Source of the DNA: Girardia tigrina
Taxonomy: Eukaryota
DNA: 64,000 nt
Direction of reading: 5' to 3'
NCBI GenBank assembly: GCA_001938485.1
Contig: MQRK01252658.1
Location: 1-64,000, forward strand
In this document: one piece after another, positions 39,141 to 53,494 of the stretch
Numbering within the stretch: the stretch's first letter is position 1
Layout of the letters: each line of letters opens with the position of its first letter
The notes under the pieces: model-generated
What the model saw: the letters and a program-made list of their open reading frames with translations, nothing else
The model's database searches: none
Told to the model about the DNA's origin: nothing
Program-made: the position numbers and the translations under genes

Positions 39141-40129
39141 TGTTTCTAATGATCGAATAAGGGTAAAAAACGCAAAAAAATAAAAAATTTAATATATAAA
39201 TTATAGGATTGACTTCAACTTTTAATTTTCTTACATACTTATTTACATCTCCAATTCCTATTCCGAATATATATGTATTGAAAGATTCCAGTATTGTAAC
39301 TTACAAGATAGATACTGGCCCTCAGATCAATAAACAATTTTCCAAAATCAATAAGCGAATCTACTAAATTTCTAGGTAAGATTTAGTTAGTATTGATGGG
39401 TCGTTGCTATCAAATCATGAGTCACTGTCAGTAAACACTGATTCATAAGTACATATATTATACCTCTTCATTGGTGAACAGATTAGTTTTATCCCAATAA
39501 ATTCACTATACTTTTGATTGTATTAAAAATTGTCAAAATTTTTGTAAAACAATTCACTGATACCAAATTTATTCATACCATAAATGATAAATGCATTAGA
39601 AGCTGGAGAACGATGTACAAAACAATATGAATAAAATGTTAAAAGACAAATCTCATAAATTGTGATAAGTAATGCTTAACATTACAAAAATTGAAACATT
39701 TTACATAGTATTGCCGGGCTCAAAACGCATTACAAGTGAAATTCGTTAATTCTTTCACAATTAAAATAAATTCTTAATTAATTTTAGAAATATGAAGGCA
39801 TAATTGATAAAAAATGATTAAATTAATTTACATCAAGACAGGAATCTCAACCATTTGGTCAGAAGTCCACAAATATTTGAATAAGTTATCATGATTTGCT
39901 TATAAAGAGGAGTACTTACTGATTTGAGATTTGGAAATGCAGTACCCGGTTAAAAGGAAACGCTAACACAAAAATGAAGTATTGATTTTGATTTTTATTC
40001 ATGTGTCGTATGCTGTTTTTGAGTCATGGCGTACATGTGCTGTTAATTTTTTATTCGTATGCAATAATTTATACTTTACGTCAAATATGTGCATGTTTTC
40101 AGTTAGATTTTATTGATGAGTAATTATTT

Positions 40130-41070
40130 ATATATGTTGGAAGAAGAACGGATGAGGATTGTGTTTATGATTGGCACATTTCATATCGAGTTGCAGCTGC
40201 CAAATTTGACATCACTATCAGTGCGATATCCAAAGTTGTTGCTAAATATACAAGGGTTGATATGGTAAAGGTTAAAGAACGTTGTTGTGGCCCAAGAAAA
40301 ACAACCAAAAGAGAGGACAGAATTCGTGATCAGATATCTTTGAAAAAAACATCGGCTTTCTGTGTCACGCCTATATTCCATGCTGTAAAATGAATTTGGT
40401 ATTAATCTTTGGGAGTGTACCATCTGAAAATGGTTTTATGAAATCACGAAATAACCACTTCTTTCAGGTGTTAACTTACGTTAAAGATTGTTCTTGCCAC
40501 GTACACATCAAGACTGGACTGTTTAAGACCGGAAAAATCATATTATTAAGAAATTAAAGTTCTTTCTAATTATTTTGTGGTGCAAAACGGGTATGTGTAA
40601 CTTCATGCAAGTGATAGACCAAAGATTGTTGTGTGCCAACTGTGAAGCACGGAGGTGGTACACTAATAGTCTGGGACTGCATGTCTGGGCTTGGTGTTGG
40701 TCAGTTATAGCGATAAGTAGGGCCTGTAAATCAAGACCAATACATTGATATACTTAAAGACTGCATGCTGCTTTCAGCAACAACTTCTTTTGGTTCCAGA
40801 AGTCAGTTTTTATTAAGGTAAGACAATGCATCTTATTACAAGGATAAAAGTAGATTGACATTCTGTTACATAAATGAGTATATGTTCTTGAATGACCAAT
40901 ACAGATCCCATCGAAAATCTTTGGGAACTACTTTTCGAAAAGCTCAGGGAAAGTAAAGCAACTAATTTTGATGACCTATGGACCAACTATGAATCAGAAT
41001 GGAAAAGTTTACAGCAAATTTCATTTGAAGCAATGACCAGTAGACTGAAATTTGATCATGATTTATGAAC
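40130..41070 (+). mobile_element. Tc1 transposase remnant
   Basis: Motifs PRKTTKREDR, PTVKHGGGTLIVWDCMSGLGVGQL, DNASYY and PIENLWELL, with stops and frameshifts. Confidence 0.85.
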
Positions 41071-41294
41071 TTGAAAGACTAGGAAGAAACTATACTATCA
41101 CCAATGTTCTAAAAATCTTATTTTCTAATCGAAGTATTGTTTGGTAAATGGTTACTTAATAATATTTGCTGTCTCTGAATCAATTGACATCTTCATGTAA
41201 ACATACATCAGTACAAACGAAATACTACTTTTTTTCTAAGATTTTCATATTTTACGATGGCTGTATATTTATTCGATATATCTAGACTTTTTAA

Positions 41295-41962
41295 CACACT
41301 GTAATCGGATCACGTATTAATACGTTTTTAGCAAATTAATGCTAGAGAGAGGATCACGTATTTATACGTTTTTGATAGATTGTTAGTGGAGTGCGGGTCA
41401 CGTTAAAATACGGGTTCCAATATACTTGAGTTTTATATATAGCGTCTGTAGGGTTGTAGCTATTGCAGGTAAAAACCTTTTGAGAACAATAGATTGGGTG
41501 TACGATGGGTATCGAAGTAGTGTTATTCATCACATAAATAGTCGAAGATAACGGTACATATAACGGTCTACATGCAACACTAAGACGAAGAATAATATTT
41601 TTTTTAGTTTATTTCACTACTCTTTGGTGGTCGGACGTTGCTAAAAGCTAAATATCGAGTACATAGATTTTTGTGTATAATTTGTAAAATAAAGGATGTT
41701 ATGTAAAACAAATATGATTTTTTCAAAACTTTCCTACTTTATGTGAAATTCTGCACTAGTTTAACGATGAAGAATACATTTCTAAATATAATAAAATAAA
41801 ATGTAATAAAATAAATAATTTGCAAAAAGAATTATTGAAATCAAACAAATATTTTTGAAGTTATCGCAATTTTTCTAGAGGTCTACGTTAGCGCGAAATT
41901 ACGCGAAAAATTACTCGTTACCAGCACTAGTACGCGGCCGAAAACTGCCCGATCACAATGTG
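41295..41962. mobile_element. piggyBac-type non-autonomous element
   Basis: TTAA|CACACTGTAATCGG ... CCGATCACAATGTG|TTAA, with subterminal GATCACGTATTWATACG repeats. Confidence 0.8.
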
Positions 41963-44900
41963 TTAAGAAGGCATTTAAGTTTATATTGGTAAATAATGCA
42001 CAAAAATATTGCGCGTAATTAATCCCGACAATTTGTTTCACTGACACATATCTAAGATGAGTAGGTTCACCATAACCATATTTATTAGTAATCATAAAAA
42101 GTAGCTCGATACAGAGTCTTTTAATTCATTGTTGGAGAAGAAATAGATTTGTGAAGAAAACTAAAACAAACTTTTATTATGGAAGATGATAAAAATAAAA
42201 GTTATAAAAATAGAAATTATGCAAAATAATCGATAACTATAACTCTTTCGACGAGAATACAAACAATTAAACAGTTCCAAAAGTAGTAATATTATCAAAT
42301 TTAAAAGAAAAAGATAAATTCTTATTTTGAAAAACAATTAATCGGAAATTTATTTATAGTTTAATAAATAAAAAATTTTGACTGAATAAAAAATAACTTC
42401 TCAAACTTCATGAATAGCGAAGAACATTAGGGATGGAAATTGCAATCATCAATTATCGGCAGTAGCACTGGCAGCACCGATATATCAATGGGGATCAAGC
42501 CAATCTATTTTGTCAAGTAAGTCAAATGTCGTAGAGCGGTTACCCAGTCTATCTAACCATCACTAGAGTAACAGCCAAATTCATCATCCGGAGGCTACAT
42601 TTAACCAATTTATAATTATTCTGTTTGTAAATAAATCTCAAATCGATTATTTCATCATTGAAAACATCACAATTTATTGACAAAACACAAATAAATATGA
42701 TTAAATGTAATTTGATGATAAAGAAATGCAAATAAAATATTGCCTTTTGCATTTGTTAGGGCAAACAATAACGAAATTTAGTTTAAATTTCAAAATAGAT
42801 AAAAGTTATTTAGCACGAGTTCACTAAAATTAAACATGAGAGATGTAAGAGATATTTGAATATGTGTGAATATGTTTATTGTACGCTTATTTTTGAGGCA
42901 TGATATCTCCACCTGGACAACAGGAATCAATTATTATCGAATTCAAAAGAAATTAGTATATAAATTATTATATAAAGAAAAGGATTTGTTATTTAACATA
43001 TAATAAAATATGCAATTGTTTTAATCTTAGGAAATTCGGTAATTATTTGAAAAATCCAAGAATTCAAAAGTCATGTCGCAGCTGCTAATTAATGATCATT
43101 TTTTCGTTAATAAATCTTTAAAGAAGACTCCGTCTTTGTTATATCCTGAATATAAGTTGTTAGGAATTAAAAATGCTATGAAAATTTTTGAAAGAAGGTT
43201 ATATTAAATATGTACAAATTAAAATTTTTATATAATTAAATATGTAACGTTTGAAAAAATAGAATTACTAAAATTAAGAATATCAATTAAATTGCTAATA
43301 ATGAAATTTTTTTGAGAAACTTTTAATATAATATAAAAAGTAAAATGTATAATTTTTATGTGGAACGATTTTAAAAAAAATTAATAAAATTAAATGAAAC
43401 AATTAAATATTTTAAAATGTTATCTTAATTTAAAATTGATTTATAAAAGTAATGAAAAATTCAAATATGGATATTTATAAGTATTTTTATTTATATCGGT
43501 TTAAGATTTATAAAACAAATTGTTTCTCAAAAAAAATAAGTTTGTTTAAATATTAGATTTAAAATTTTTTTGTGTGGTATAATAAAAGTTTGGATGTCAG
43601 AAATATATCATAGTAATAATTCCGACGATGTCCCTAGAACCTCTAACTCATTAATATCCCATTATAATTAATAAAAGTTTATCCTTTATAAATTTTTTTT
43701 CAACAACAAAATCCATTAATAAATTTTAACATTAATCATTTTTTCACCATTCACAAGTTTCACAATTCACAATCAATTTCACAATCTATAAAATTCAAAA
43801 AAACCTTATCACTAATATTTTTTCCCGTCACAATAAAGAATTTTATCAAATAATTCGATGAATACCAATACAAATGATCGAAACAAAAAGGTTGATAGAA
43901 AACAAGAGAACAACAAAAAAGGAAATTAATTAATTGCGAAAATTATGTATGGTAATGACATAAAATGCCGGTCTAATGTTTGTTTTAATAATCAATAAAC
44001 TTTTTATGACGATTTAAATTTTTGATTTCACGATATTTTGCGTATCATTCATAGATACTTTTTTTATATTTTAAATTCTCTTCTTTGCATTGAGCTAGTA
44101 ATGAATAAAGTCGAATTGAAGAACCCCGGTCCGGTTAGGCTAGATGATAGCCTGCATTATAATTTACAAATGCCATCATTCCGCGGTAACTATTTTAAGT
44201 TTACGATCAGTTATTGTCTCGACAGTATGCAGCACGGAACATGGCCAGTCGACCTAAGAGGCTCCTCAACTCAACAAGGGAGCTCATCACAAACCCACCC
44301 CTCCACACCCATAATAACATTATTTAAACAAATTTCAGGTTTTTTGAAATGTTGTGAATCTTTTTTATTGTAAATATCGATACGTATTTTAATATAATAC
44401 AGATTTTTTATTATTATTTTTAATTCATCCTTACAAAACAGACAACCATAAGTTTTTTTAAGATCTTCATAAAGAATATTCAAAATAACACTTAGTACTT
44501 AAAGATAAACATTTAATTCTTCTATTATCATGGAAAACTATAGGTTGCCAAAATCCGGAATTTTTTATTTTTGGATTATTGGAAAGGATATTGGTGAATT
44601 CCGGAATTCCGGAAAAATTTCCGGAATAATCTATACTTGAATATTTTAAATAAAAAGTTAAGAAAAACTAGGATTTTTATTTCAATTTACATGATGTGAT
44701 TTAAAATAACTTTTGAGAAAACACAAAGCATTTATACATTCACTTGTCAATTATGTCCTCTTTTTATTGACAAAGAAGCCGGCTGATGAAAAGACTTGTT
44801 CGCTTTGAGTCGATGTTCCTTCAACACTACTGAAAGCATCATGAAACAACTTGAGTTTTGGTGTCTTTTTCTTGTGCTTTCCATAGTACTGAAAATCTTT

Positions 44901-45266
44901 CTTAAAATCGTTTATATCATTTGAGCTCTTCTGAATATACTGGTAGTGTGAACGCTCTCAATAACAAATTTATATCGGTCATACATGCTTCTGGTTGAAG
45001 GTTCTTTCACTTGTAGTACTGTCGACTTGTCTTCAGCATTGTTTCCAAAGAGACGATACATTAGCTTTACACCAAGCTTCTCACCAGCAGATTTTGTTGA
45101 TAACGGCATTGGATAATCTTCGGTGAAAATATTTGGATTCCCGAAATACAATATCAAAGTGTTAAAAACTGAATCACGCCTGTCATCAATGAATTGAGAA
45201 GTTTCTTTACTAGCAATGACTCAGACATTTCGAGTACCTTCAAGATAAATTTCATTACTCCTTCAG

Positions 45267-47085
45267 TGTTAAAATCTTAAATAAAAGATTAATAAGATGG
45301 ATTATAAATATTTATTAACAATAAAACAATGTTTAAATAGTAATATTTAAACAACATATAAATTCCTATTTTTTTATTCATTTTTTAAAAATTATCATAA
45401 ATGATAATATAACATCCCCCTTTGGAAATCAACGATATTTTTGTGCTGGATTCCTGGTGCTTCTAATTGGGTATCTCGTCTTTCTGATAATTGATTCTTT
45501 CCTGGATATAAATGAAGTACTTGATTCATAATCTATTGGTGCGTTTAATTCCCCGTTATACTTTTTAACTGATTATAATTTCTTCTCATTACTTTCTGCG
45601 ATGTTTTATCTTGAAGAATATAAGTATACTTATTAAAATCTTTTGTATTGTATATGGTCCACTGTATATTGGTTTACCCAATCTTCTCTCTCCGTTTTCT
45701 TTAACCAGTACTTTGTCTCCGATACTTAATTGCTTATACCATGTGTTTCGATTATATATGTCAGCTGAGTAACCACAATCTGTTTTCATTTTGTCTATTA
45801 TCAATTTGTTTAGTTTTTCTTGTTCTCGTTTAAGCCACGTCACATAATCACTTATTGATCTTGTTGTACAATCATTGTTGGTTGTGGTTAAGACTATTGG
45901 CTTTCTACCATAAACAATTTCAAAAGGACTAAGGCATGTTGTCTTTTGATTTGAACATCGTAGTCCAAACTCAACCACTGTTAAAATGTCAGACCAGTCG
46001 CTTGTCCTGTTCGTCATCATACACGATCCCATTAACTCCTTTGCAGTTCGAAAAAGTCTTTCAACTAAACCATTTGATTGTGGGTAATAAGGTGAAGAGT
46101 GTGACTGTGTTATGTTCATACCTGAACAAAATCGTCGAAATTCCGACGTAAAATACGAGGCATTATCTGAATGAATCTTTTCTGGTTTTCCATATTTAGA
46201 GATCCATTGATCCCATAAGGACTTTATGATCGTATTCGAATCAATTTTCTTAATAGGAATTAAAGACAGATATTTTTAGAAGTAGTCAATGATGCCTAGT
46301 ACATAACGATGATCATCTTTAGTACACCGAAAAGTACCACAAATATCTATTCCAATCATTTGAAATGGTTGGTTTACGAAAAAGCTCTGAAGAGGAGCTT
46401 TATCACGACCATTTTTTCCTTTCGTTCTTGAGCATGCTTCACATTTTGTAACGAAATTATTTATATCTGTTGTCATATCTGGCCAATAAATTCAATTTTC
46501 ATTGCATTTAAAGTTCTTTCAATTCCAACATGACCTAACAATTTATACATTTTATGAATCATATTGATTCTGTCAGATTCCGGAACTATTAATCTGTATG
46601 CATCTTTGTCTAATAAATAAAGTACATTTCCTCTAAGGCGTAAATCTGGTAATTTAGACAATAAAGTTCTAAATCCTTTGTTTTCTTGAACATCTTTGTG
46701 TAGACTTTTTATATCTATTTCTTTTTTCAATATTTTTACGATCGATTCAATAATCAAGTCTGTAAATTGATTTTCATCACTAATAAAAAGCTTGCATATC
46801 AATTTTTCTATATTTGATTTATTTGAATCCTCATCGTTAAAAACTTTGACATTTCTTTTCTTAAGAGGTTCATTGTGTTTCAGTGTACATTGTTCACAGT
46901 AGCCTAACCTGGAAAGAGCATCGGCATTAACATGATCCTTTCCCTTCCGGTATTCTATAATCATATCGTAAAATTCCAGTTCAGATTTCCATACACAAAA
47001 TTGGGAAGTGTTCGGATTATCCCATTTAAGAACCCATTTTAAAGCTTCATGGTCAGTTCGAACTGTAAATTTTTGTCCTAATAAA
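45267..47085 (-). mobile_element. Ty3/Gypsy RNase H-integrase fragment with PPT and 3' LTR
   Basis: Motifs FTVRTDHEALKW, EYRKGKDHVNADALSR, GHVGIERT, CEAC, IGIDICG, HSDNA, YYPQSNGLVER and GPYTI. PPT AAAGGGGGA precedes a TG..CA segment at 45267-45414. Confidence 0.88.
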
Positions 47086-47089
47086 TAGC

Positions 47090-48330
47090 AGTCGCTTTGA
47101 AGAGCATAGACAGCGAAACAATTTACAGAATCTTTTTATCTACGTGGATCTGCCGTTTCGGAGCACCCAAACACATCATTACTGACCAAGGCAGACAGTT
47201 CGAGTCCGAATTGTTCAACAAACTGGTCGAAAATATTGGAGCCACTCGTATTCATACTACCGCATATCACCCACAATCTAATGGAGCAATCGAACGTTTC
47301 GACCGCACGTTCAAAACTTCACTCAAAATCTTAACTGATAGAGACAACCGTTGAGTAGACGCGATACCTTTTGTACTTTTCGGTTGGCGAAACACCCCAA
47401 ACACGACTACCGAAACGTCACCGACACAGGCTTTGTACGGCACGTCAATACGTTTTTTAACCGATCTCGCAGATTGCAATCCAACACCTTCTGACAGGGA
47501 TATTATGAATGCGAGAAAGCGATTTTTAGACCAAGACTCCGATAAATACTGCATGATACCGAACAGTTTTGAAGATTTCCTCCCTGCAAACTTTGGTTAA
47601 AAAACCATACCGCACATGGTTTCCAACCGACGTATACGGGACTTCACAAATTTATCGAATTGTTTTCACACAACGCCAAAGTGTTGAAAGATGGACAAGA
47701 AGTTATAGTACATTTGACCAACACTAAACCCGCTTTAATCATCGACGATTATTCTGATTCACATAACAACGTTGGAACCTTTTTCTAACAGATTTGTTCA
47801 ACACACCGGTCCCAGACAAATCAAATACTTTGCAATTACCGAACCAAAATAACAACAACGCAGACGTTGTAATTCAACACACAGACCACCACACAGTCCA
47901 ATGCATATCACCTACTTGACACATCACAATCCCCAGGTCCCTCTTTCAACGGTTTTGCCACGCTCAGAACTCACAGAAGCAGCCACGGATACCAACCACA
48001 GAGATTTTCCACCTGGATTCCAGTACGCACAGCCACTGGCACAACCCGCCTTCAGCGGAGAGACGATTGATATCCAGTTTTACTCGATTCTCTTCATTTA
48101 TTTTTTTTTCAAACGGGGGTGCTATGTTGTGTACCACAACAATTATGTTTATTGTACAGAGTTTTTGTAAAAAGTAAAGAAAACAGTTTTATTTTTTAAT
48201 GAAAAAAGAATTATTTGATAAGAAAAAATTAATTAATTTATGTAAAAAATGTGTTAATTATTTTTATTGGCATTTTGTTTAAATCATTAATTTCACTTTC
48301 AATTTCTCAAATAAAAAATTTTTTGGCGAA
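47090..48330 (+). mobile_element. Ty3/Gypsy integrase fragment with PPT and LTR start
   Basis: WICRFGAPKHIITDQGRQFES..TTAYHPQSNGAIER, then GGGGTGCTA|TGT at ~48116-48127. The end coordinate is approximate. Confidence 0.8.
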
Positions 48331-51300
48331 ATTTAGTCTTGTTTTTGATGCTATTGACTATGATTGAATTTAATTGTCGGAAGATCGTATTTTTCGTTTC
48401 CTCTGCGACCGTTTTTTTTGACGTTGCAACCACATATCCACTGCGCCCGCTCTCGCACCAGTATGGTTTAGACAAATCGCATATTCTGGGGATATTTCGT
48501 TGCCGAATCTACGCATAACAGCTACTCCATCACCAGTTACAGCTACCATATCATTTTGAGTTAATCCGAATCTCATTAAATGGTCGTTGAAAAGTTCCAC
48601 CATTTTATTAGCTGGTGCACTTTCTTTAATTTTCACAAGACCCAGGTTGAAGAATTTGGTTTGATCAGTATAAATAGAATAATGAAGATTTATGTTAAAG
48701 AAACGCACGTTCACTGGACTTGTCCATTCATCAACAGTAAGGGAAAATTTTTTCTCTTCTGTCTTCAAGCTCTGAATCCACCATCAATCGTTTTACACCG
48801 TTAACATGATGTGGCACATTTTTACTTGGGAACTTTTGTCTCAGCGCTTCTTGAATAAGCGATGTTGTGGAAATTTTGGAAAATAGTAATTCTGATCTAG
48901 CGGCTAGCCTGGCAACTTCTTCATCGGGGCTTTTACACTTAAAATAATCTGCAACTGTCTTCTGTTGAATTATTTTTTTGAAATTTTCAGTGCGATTGTT
49001 TTTGAAGTTAGAAACTATTCCGTGGGCCTTTTTTATATGATTAGAGAGTCCAGTCATTCCATTGGCGTAAGATAAAATGCTATTACAGTTTTTCACATTA
49101 CAATGTGCTTTCTTGCGTTGTTGATTTGATGTCGTGAAGTAATTCCAAAGAAACGACGGCATTTTTCTTGTACCTGGTAAAAATTCAATGCACAGATACT
49201 AATTGATATTAATTAGATATTATAAAACCTATAATTTATTGAAAAAAAATAATCATTAAAGGCTTTAATTAACAATATTAAATTACCAATATTTAAACAA
49301 ATTATTTATTCTAGATAAAATTATTTTATCCTAATCAACCTCCATCATATCCCCTCCACTCAACATACTAACTGACGGTCAAACAATTAAATAAAACACA
49401 CAATAATAATTTAGAATTGTATTAAAATTCCAACTTATTAATGCGTATTTCACTTAATTACTAAACCATCAGCAATTATATTAAATAGAAAAGATTTAAT
49501 AGAAATAGATTTAGTAAATTTTTAGTATGGAAAATTTTTTTAAATATTTCTGGGGGGGATTTGATCCCCGAATCCCCGTTTAGCTACGCGACTGATTAAA
49601 GCCTATTGTTTTATATGATGTGTATCAAATTGCTCTGCATTGTTTGCATCAAGCTAAAACTTTCCACAGCTAATTCCTTTTGGAGAATTGTACTTTTCAT
49701 TAAGGAGACATTTTACAAATAAACTACTATTAATAATGAATTTTTATTTTTATTTCTCTTAGAGTAAGAAATTATTATTATTGAATTTTTATGCTTTCTT
49801 CATTTGAAAAAAAGTGCGAAATTAAAACAAAAAATTTATTTTATTTCCGGAAATTTTCCAAAAAAATGGAATTTTGGAATGGATTTCTGGAGTGGATTAT
49901 CCGGAAAATGGAATGGAATTCCGGAATTGTCAACCTCTATGTAAAACAGTATTCATTTGTTTTAAATGTATCATATATTTAGTATTTGTTTTTTTAGCAC
50001 TTGTTTTGTTTTTTTTAATGAAAAACTCCGAGATCAATCAAAAAAGTACTGGTGATTAGTAATCACTGATAACATTAAATTTCTTTTGCTTGTCTGTTTT
50101 ACACAAGTTTATTACTAAGGACGAAAAGTGGATACTTTCCGAAAATATTTAAACGTTTACTAGAAACGTGGAAAGTCGACATCAAGTCTTGTGAACTAGA
50201 TATTAATCATAGAAAAATATTGCTCTGTTTACGTTGAAACCGAAGGGGTTAAATGTTGTAGAAATAATGGTAAACCCTCTTTGCGCATATGTACACCAAC
50301 CAGCTCGATAAACTACACGCAGCTATCAATAAAATACGAGAAATTCGCTTCATACCAAATCCATAGTTTTATTAATAAACGACCCAGATGACAAGGTTCA
50401 AGGAAAAAAGATATATAATAATTAGTAATAAAAAATCTTTATTTGTCATATATACATATATATAATTATTTATTTTCACATTTTAAAGAATCCTATAAAG
50501 CTTAAAATTTTATCTAAAATAAATCCAATATTAATAAAAATACCATACACGACTTTCCAGTAACATATGGTTTTCAAAAGAAACAAAATTCGATAAATGG
50601 AACATTTTCGGAACAACATGTTGATGTTTAATATATTTTTGTCATTTACAAAATACAATTTAAAAGCATAATACTATCAAAGTAATTTCTTGTGAATTCC
50701 CTATCAAAACAGAGAAACCCAACTATTGTTTCTATATCCCTTCAAAGGAAAGATAAATTGGTGTAGCATAATTTTTAGAGTCATCAACATATTCCTACAC
50801 AACAAACTAAGACTTTGTGATCTAATGCTTGGTATAATTGCATTTTTAAATTTTTTAATCGGATATGAGTGCAAAAACCTTCAAATTAGAAGGGAAGCTC
50901 TGTAATTGTATCAGTACCCCTTGTGATGATACTGATTATTCAAGTCAAATTTTCAAATTCCAAATTATATTGTAAAATATTTGTCAGAGATATAATTTCC
51001 TTTTTTCGAAAAAGGGAAACCCGATTCAATAATTATAACTATAACGAAGCCAGTAGACATCGTCACGTTTATGCAGGTTGTGTGATTAAATAACCGAATT
51101 ATCTCTCATTTGCAACAACAATAATTTCAGAAAATTAGATTAACAATTTAACCCTTACTTCTTATTTGATCAGGGGCAATTCGTCTTCTCTCAAAAAATA
51201 AGAAATTTTCTAAACACTACACCTAATTGTCTTTTCAAAGACACCCCCCTATTGAAAAACTCAAGTGGTTTCATTTTGAATTGAAACAAGTCTTCTGTTG

Positions 51301-51564
51301 TAACAAATAATACAAGAAAAATAAATCTTCAAGAGTAAGAATTTAGCCCATCTATTTCAACTGTGTTGCATTCCTTTTAATCTTACTCTACATAGAAAAA
51401 TACAGCAATTCATAATTATATAATTTGATGGACTTAAATAACAATAACCATGACTATAAAACTGTCATTATTCCATTCCCTCCAAAAACCAATGTAGTGG
51501 TGTTAACCCATTAATGCAGTGGTTTACAACCTTTTTGTACCCGCGCCCCCCTTTAAAAAACAAA

Positions 51565-52620
51565 TTGTTGATTCATTTTAATCAATTCTCGTTTCAGCTA
51601 CAATACATAAAGGGCTCTGAGAACATTGTTGCAGATTTCCTCTCAAGGACATCCGAGAACCCGGACGATCTGACCGAAATAACGATGATATCCAAATCTG
51701 ACCTCATCAATGAGCAAGAAAAAGAGAAAAATGATCTTCTCTCAAACAATGAACTAAAAGTCCGAACAGAGTGAGGAATTCTACTAGACGTAGCCAATGG
51801 ATAGAAACGAATCCTTTTACGCAGCATGTTTCACCCCTCTGAGTTTCAGCGACTCCATAACATCCACGTGCTAACGAAACCATTGACCTAATCCGAGCCC
51901 GCTATGTTTGGAAAAAGATGAAAGCAGACGTCCGGAAATGGACCCGAGAATGTCACAAGTGTCAATAAAAAAATAACCAGACACACCAAATCGAAACTTG
52001 GCAAACTTCCGGACAGAGGCAGATTCAAAGTGCTACATGTAAACAATGTCGGCCCACTGCCGATGGCAGAGGGTAAACGCTATTTATTGACATTCGTTGA
52101 CAGGCACTCCTCATGGACCGAATCGGTTCCCATCAATGATATAACATCCACAGTTGTTTGCAAAGCACTCACTATCTCTCGCTTTGGACCACTGATAATG
52201 GCAGACAATTTATCTCGAGCCAATTCAAAACCACATGTGAGAGATTCGGAATCGAGCACAGGTAAACCACCGCATATCACCCTCAGTGCAATGGGAAGAT
52301 TAAGCGATTCCCTCGCTCTCTTAAAAATGCGCTAAGAGCACACAGTGAAACCTACGAACAGACGTAGGTGCGCGATCTACCGATCGTTCTACTCGGATTA
52401 CGAAACTTTTGAGCTAAAGATCGATGGTTGCACAAAGAAGGTCTCAATAGACAGATTGAAGTCAACGTTTACTTGTTATGATACTCCGCATCTTATGCAG
52501 GGGCATATGTAAAGTGCATTTACTTAAATTAAAAATATTATTTTTAATTAATAAAAAAAAGATATTTTAAAATAACTATGTTGTTTTAATAATCAGAATT
52601 ATCAAATAATAATAAATTTT
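51565..52620 (+). mobile_element. Ty3/Gypsy integrase fragment with PPT and LTR start
   Basis: Motifs YIKGSENIVADFLSR, WTRECHKCQ, HVNNVGPLP..RYLLTFVDR, TTAYHPQCNG and VSIDRLK, then GCAGGGGCATA|TGT. Confidence 0.8.
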
Positions 52621-53494
52621 TTATAACCGTGTTTTCGTGCTATTAATAGTCGATAGATTAAATTTACAGAAGTTAAAAACTATATCAATCAAATATTCGA
52701 CAAAATAACTAAAGAATTCCTAACAACAAAAAAGGAAGTTTGTTAGATTGTGTTCTGAAATCCTTCCAACATTACTTCTTTTTAGTATGATTGGTTTAAA
52801 CAATTTTTAACTCCCTTCTGTGTTGGTTCGAATATATCCTATATGTTTTATATATCTTACTTTTATTAATATCTATTAGCACAAATCATCGTCTAGATAA
52901 AACCAAAATTAAAATAGAAAGATGAAAATGGATTCGATGACCATTAGCCTAAATCTCCCAATATTTTCCAAAGCGATGGGACAATTAGTATTCCATACTC
53001 TTTGGCCACAGACAATGAATGTAGAAGTACTGATATCATTATAATTGTTAATTTGAAGCTGAAGTAAAGTATGATCGTATATTAGACTTCAACAATTAAA
53101 ATCCCACCACTAAAAATTAAAATCACAAATTAGAGATCACACAACCATCAGAGATCAGAATCCACTGATATGTAACATATGCAAAATGGTTTAAGTACAA
53201 AGGGATTATTTAACACATGATAAAAGGTCAATACTACAGAAGATTGAAATGATAAAATACACGAATACATAAGAGAAAAAATCATAAGTAATAACACTTA
53301 TTTGAGGAAGTCTATGGTTGAACCCGAAAGAATGTTCAATTCAGCTTGACATCTGGGTTTCTGATCACCAATATTTCCACAAGATGAATATTTTACTACC
53401 TCTTTAGACGTTTTACCTAGCAAGTGAACACAGTAAATGTAACGCAAGACTGCGGTAGGTCCCTTGTCATTCCTTACAGGAAAGTCAAATAAAG

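Larger units (their letters stand above)
44539..49939 (-). mobile_element. hAT transposon with BED finger, interrupted by Gypsy fragments
   Basis: TIRs TATAGGTTGCCAAAATCCGGAATT / AATTCCGGAATTGTCAACCTCTA and an 8-bp TSD TGGAAAAC / TGTAAAAC (7 of 8 match). BED finger LWNYF..AHCNVKNC..LSNHIKKAH, core motifs SLTVDEWTS, VTGDGVAVM and CLNH, and C-terminal TSTQSEQVFSSAG. Confidence 0.88.
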
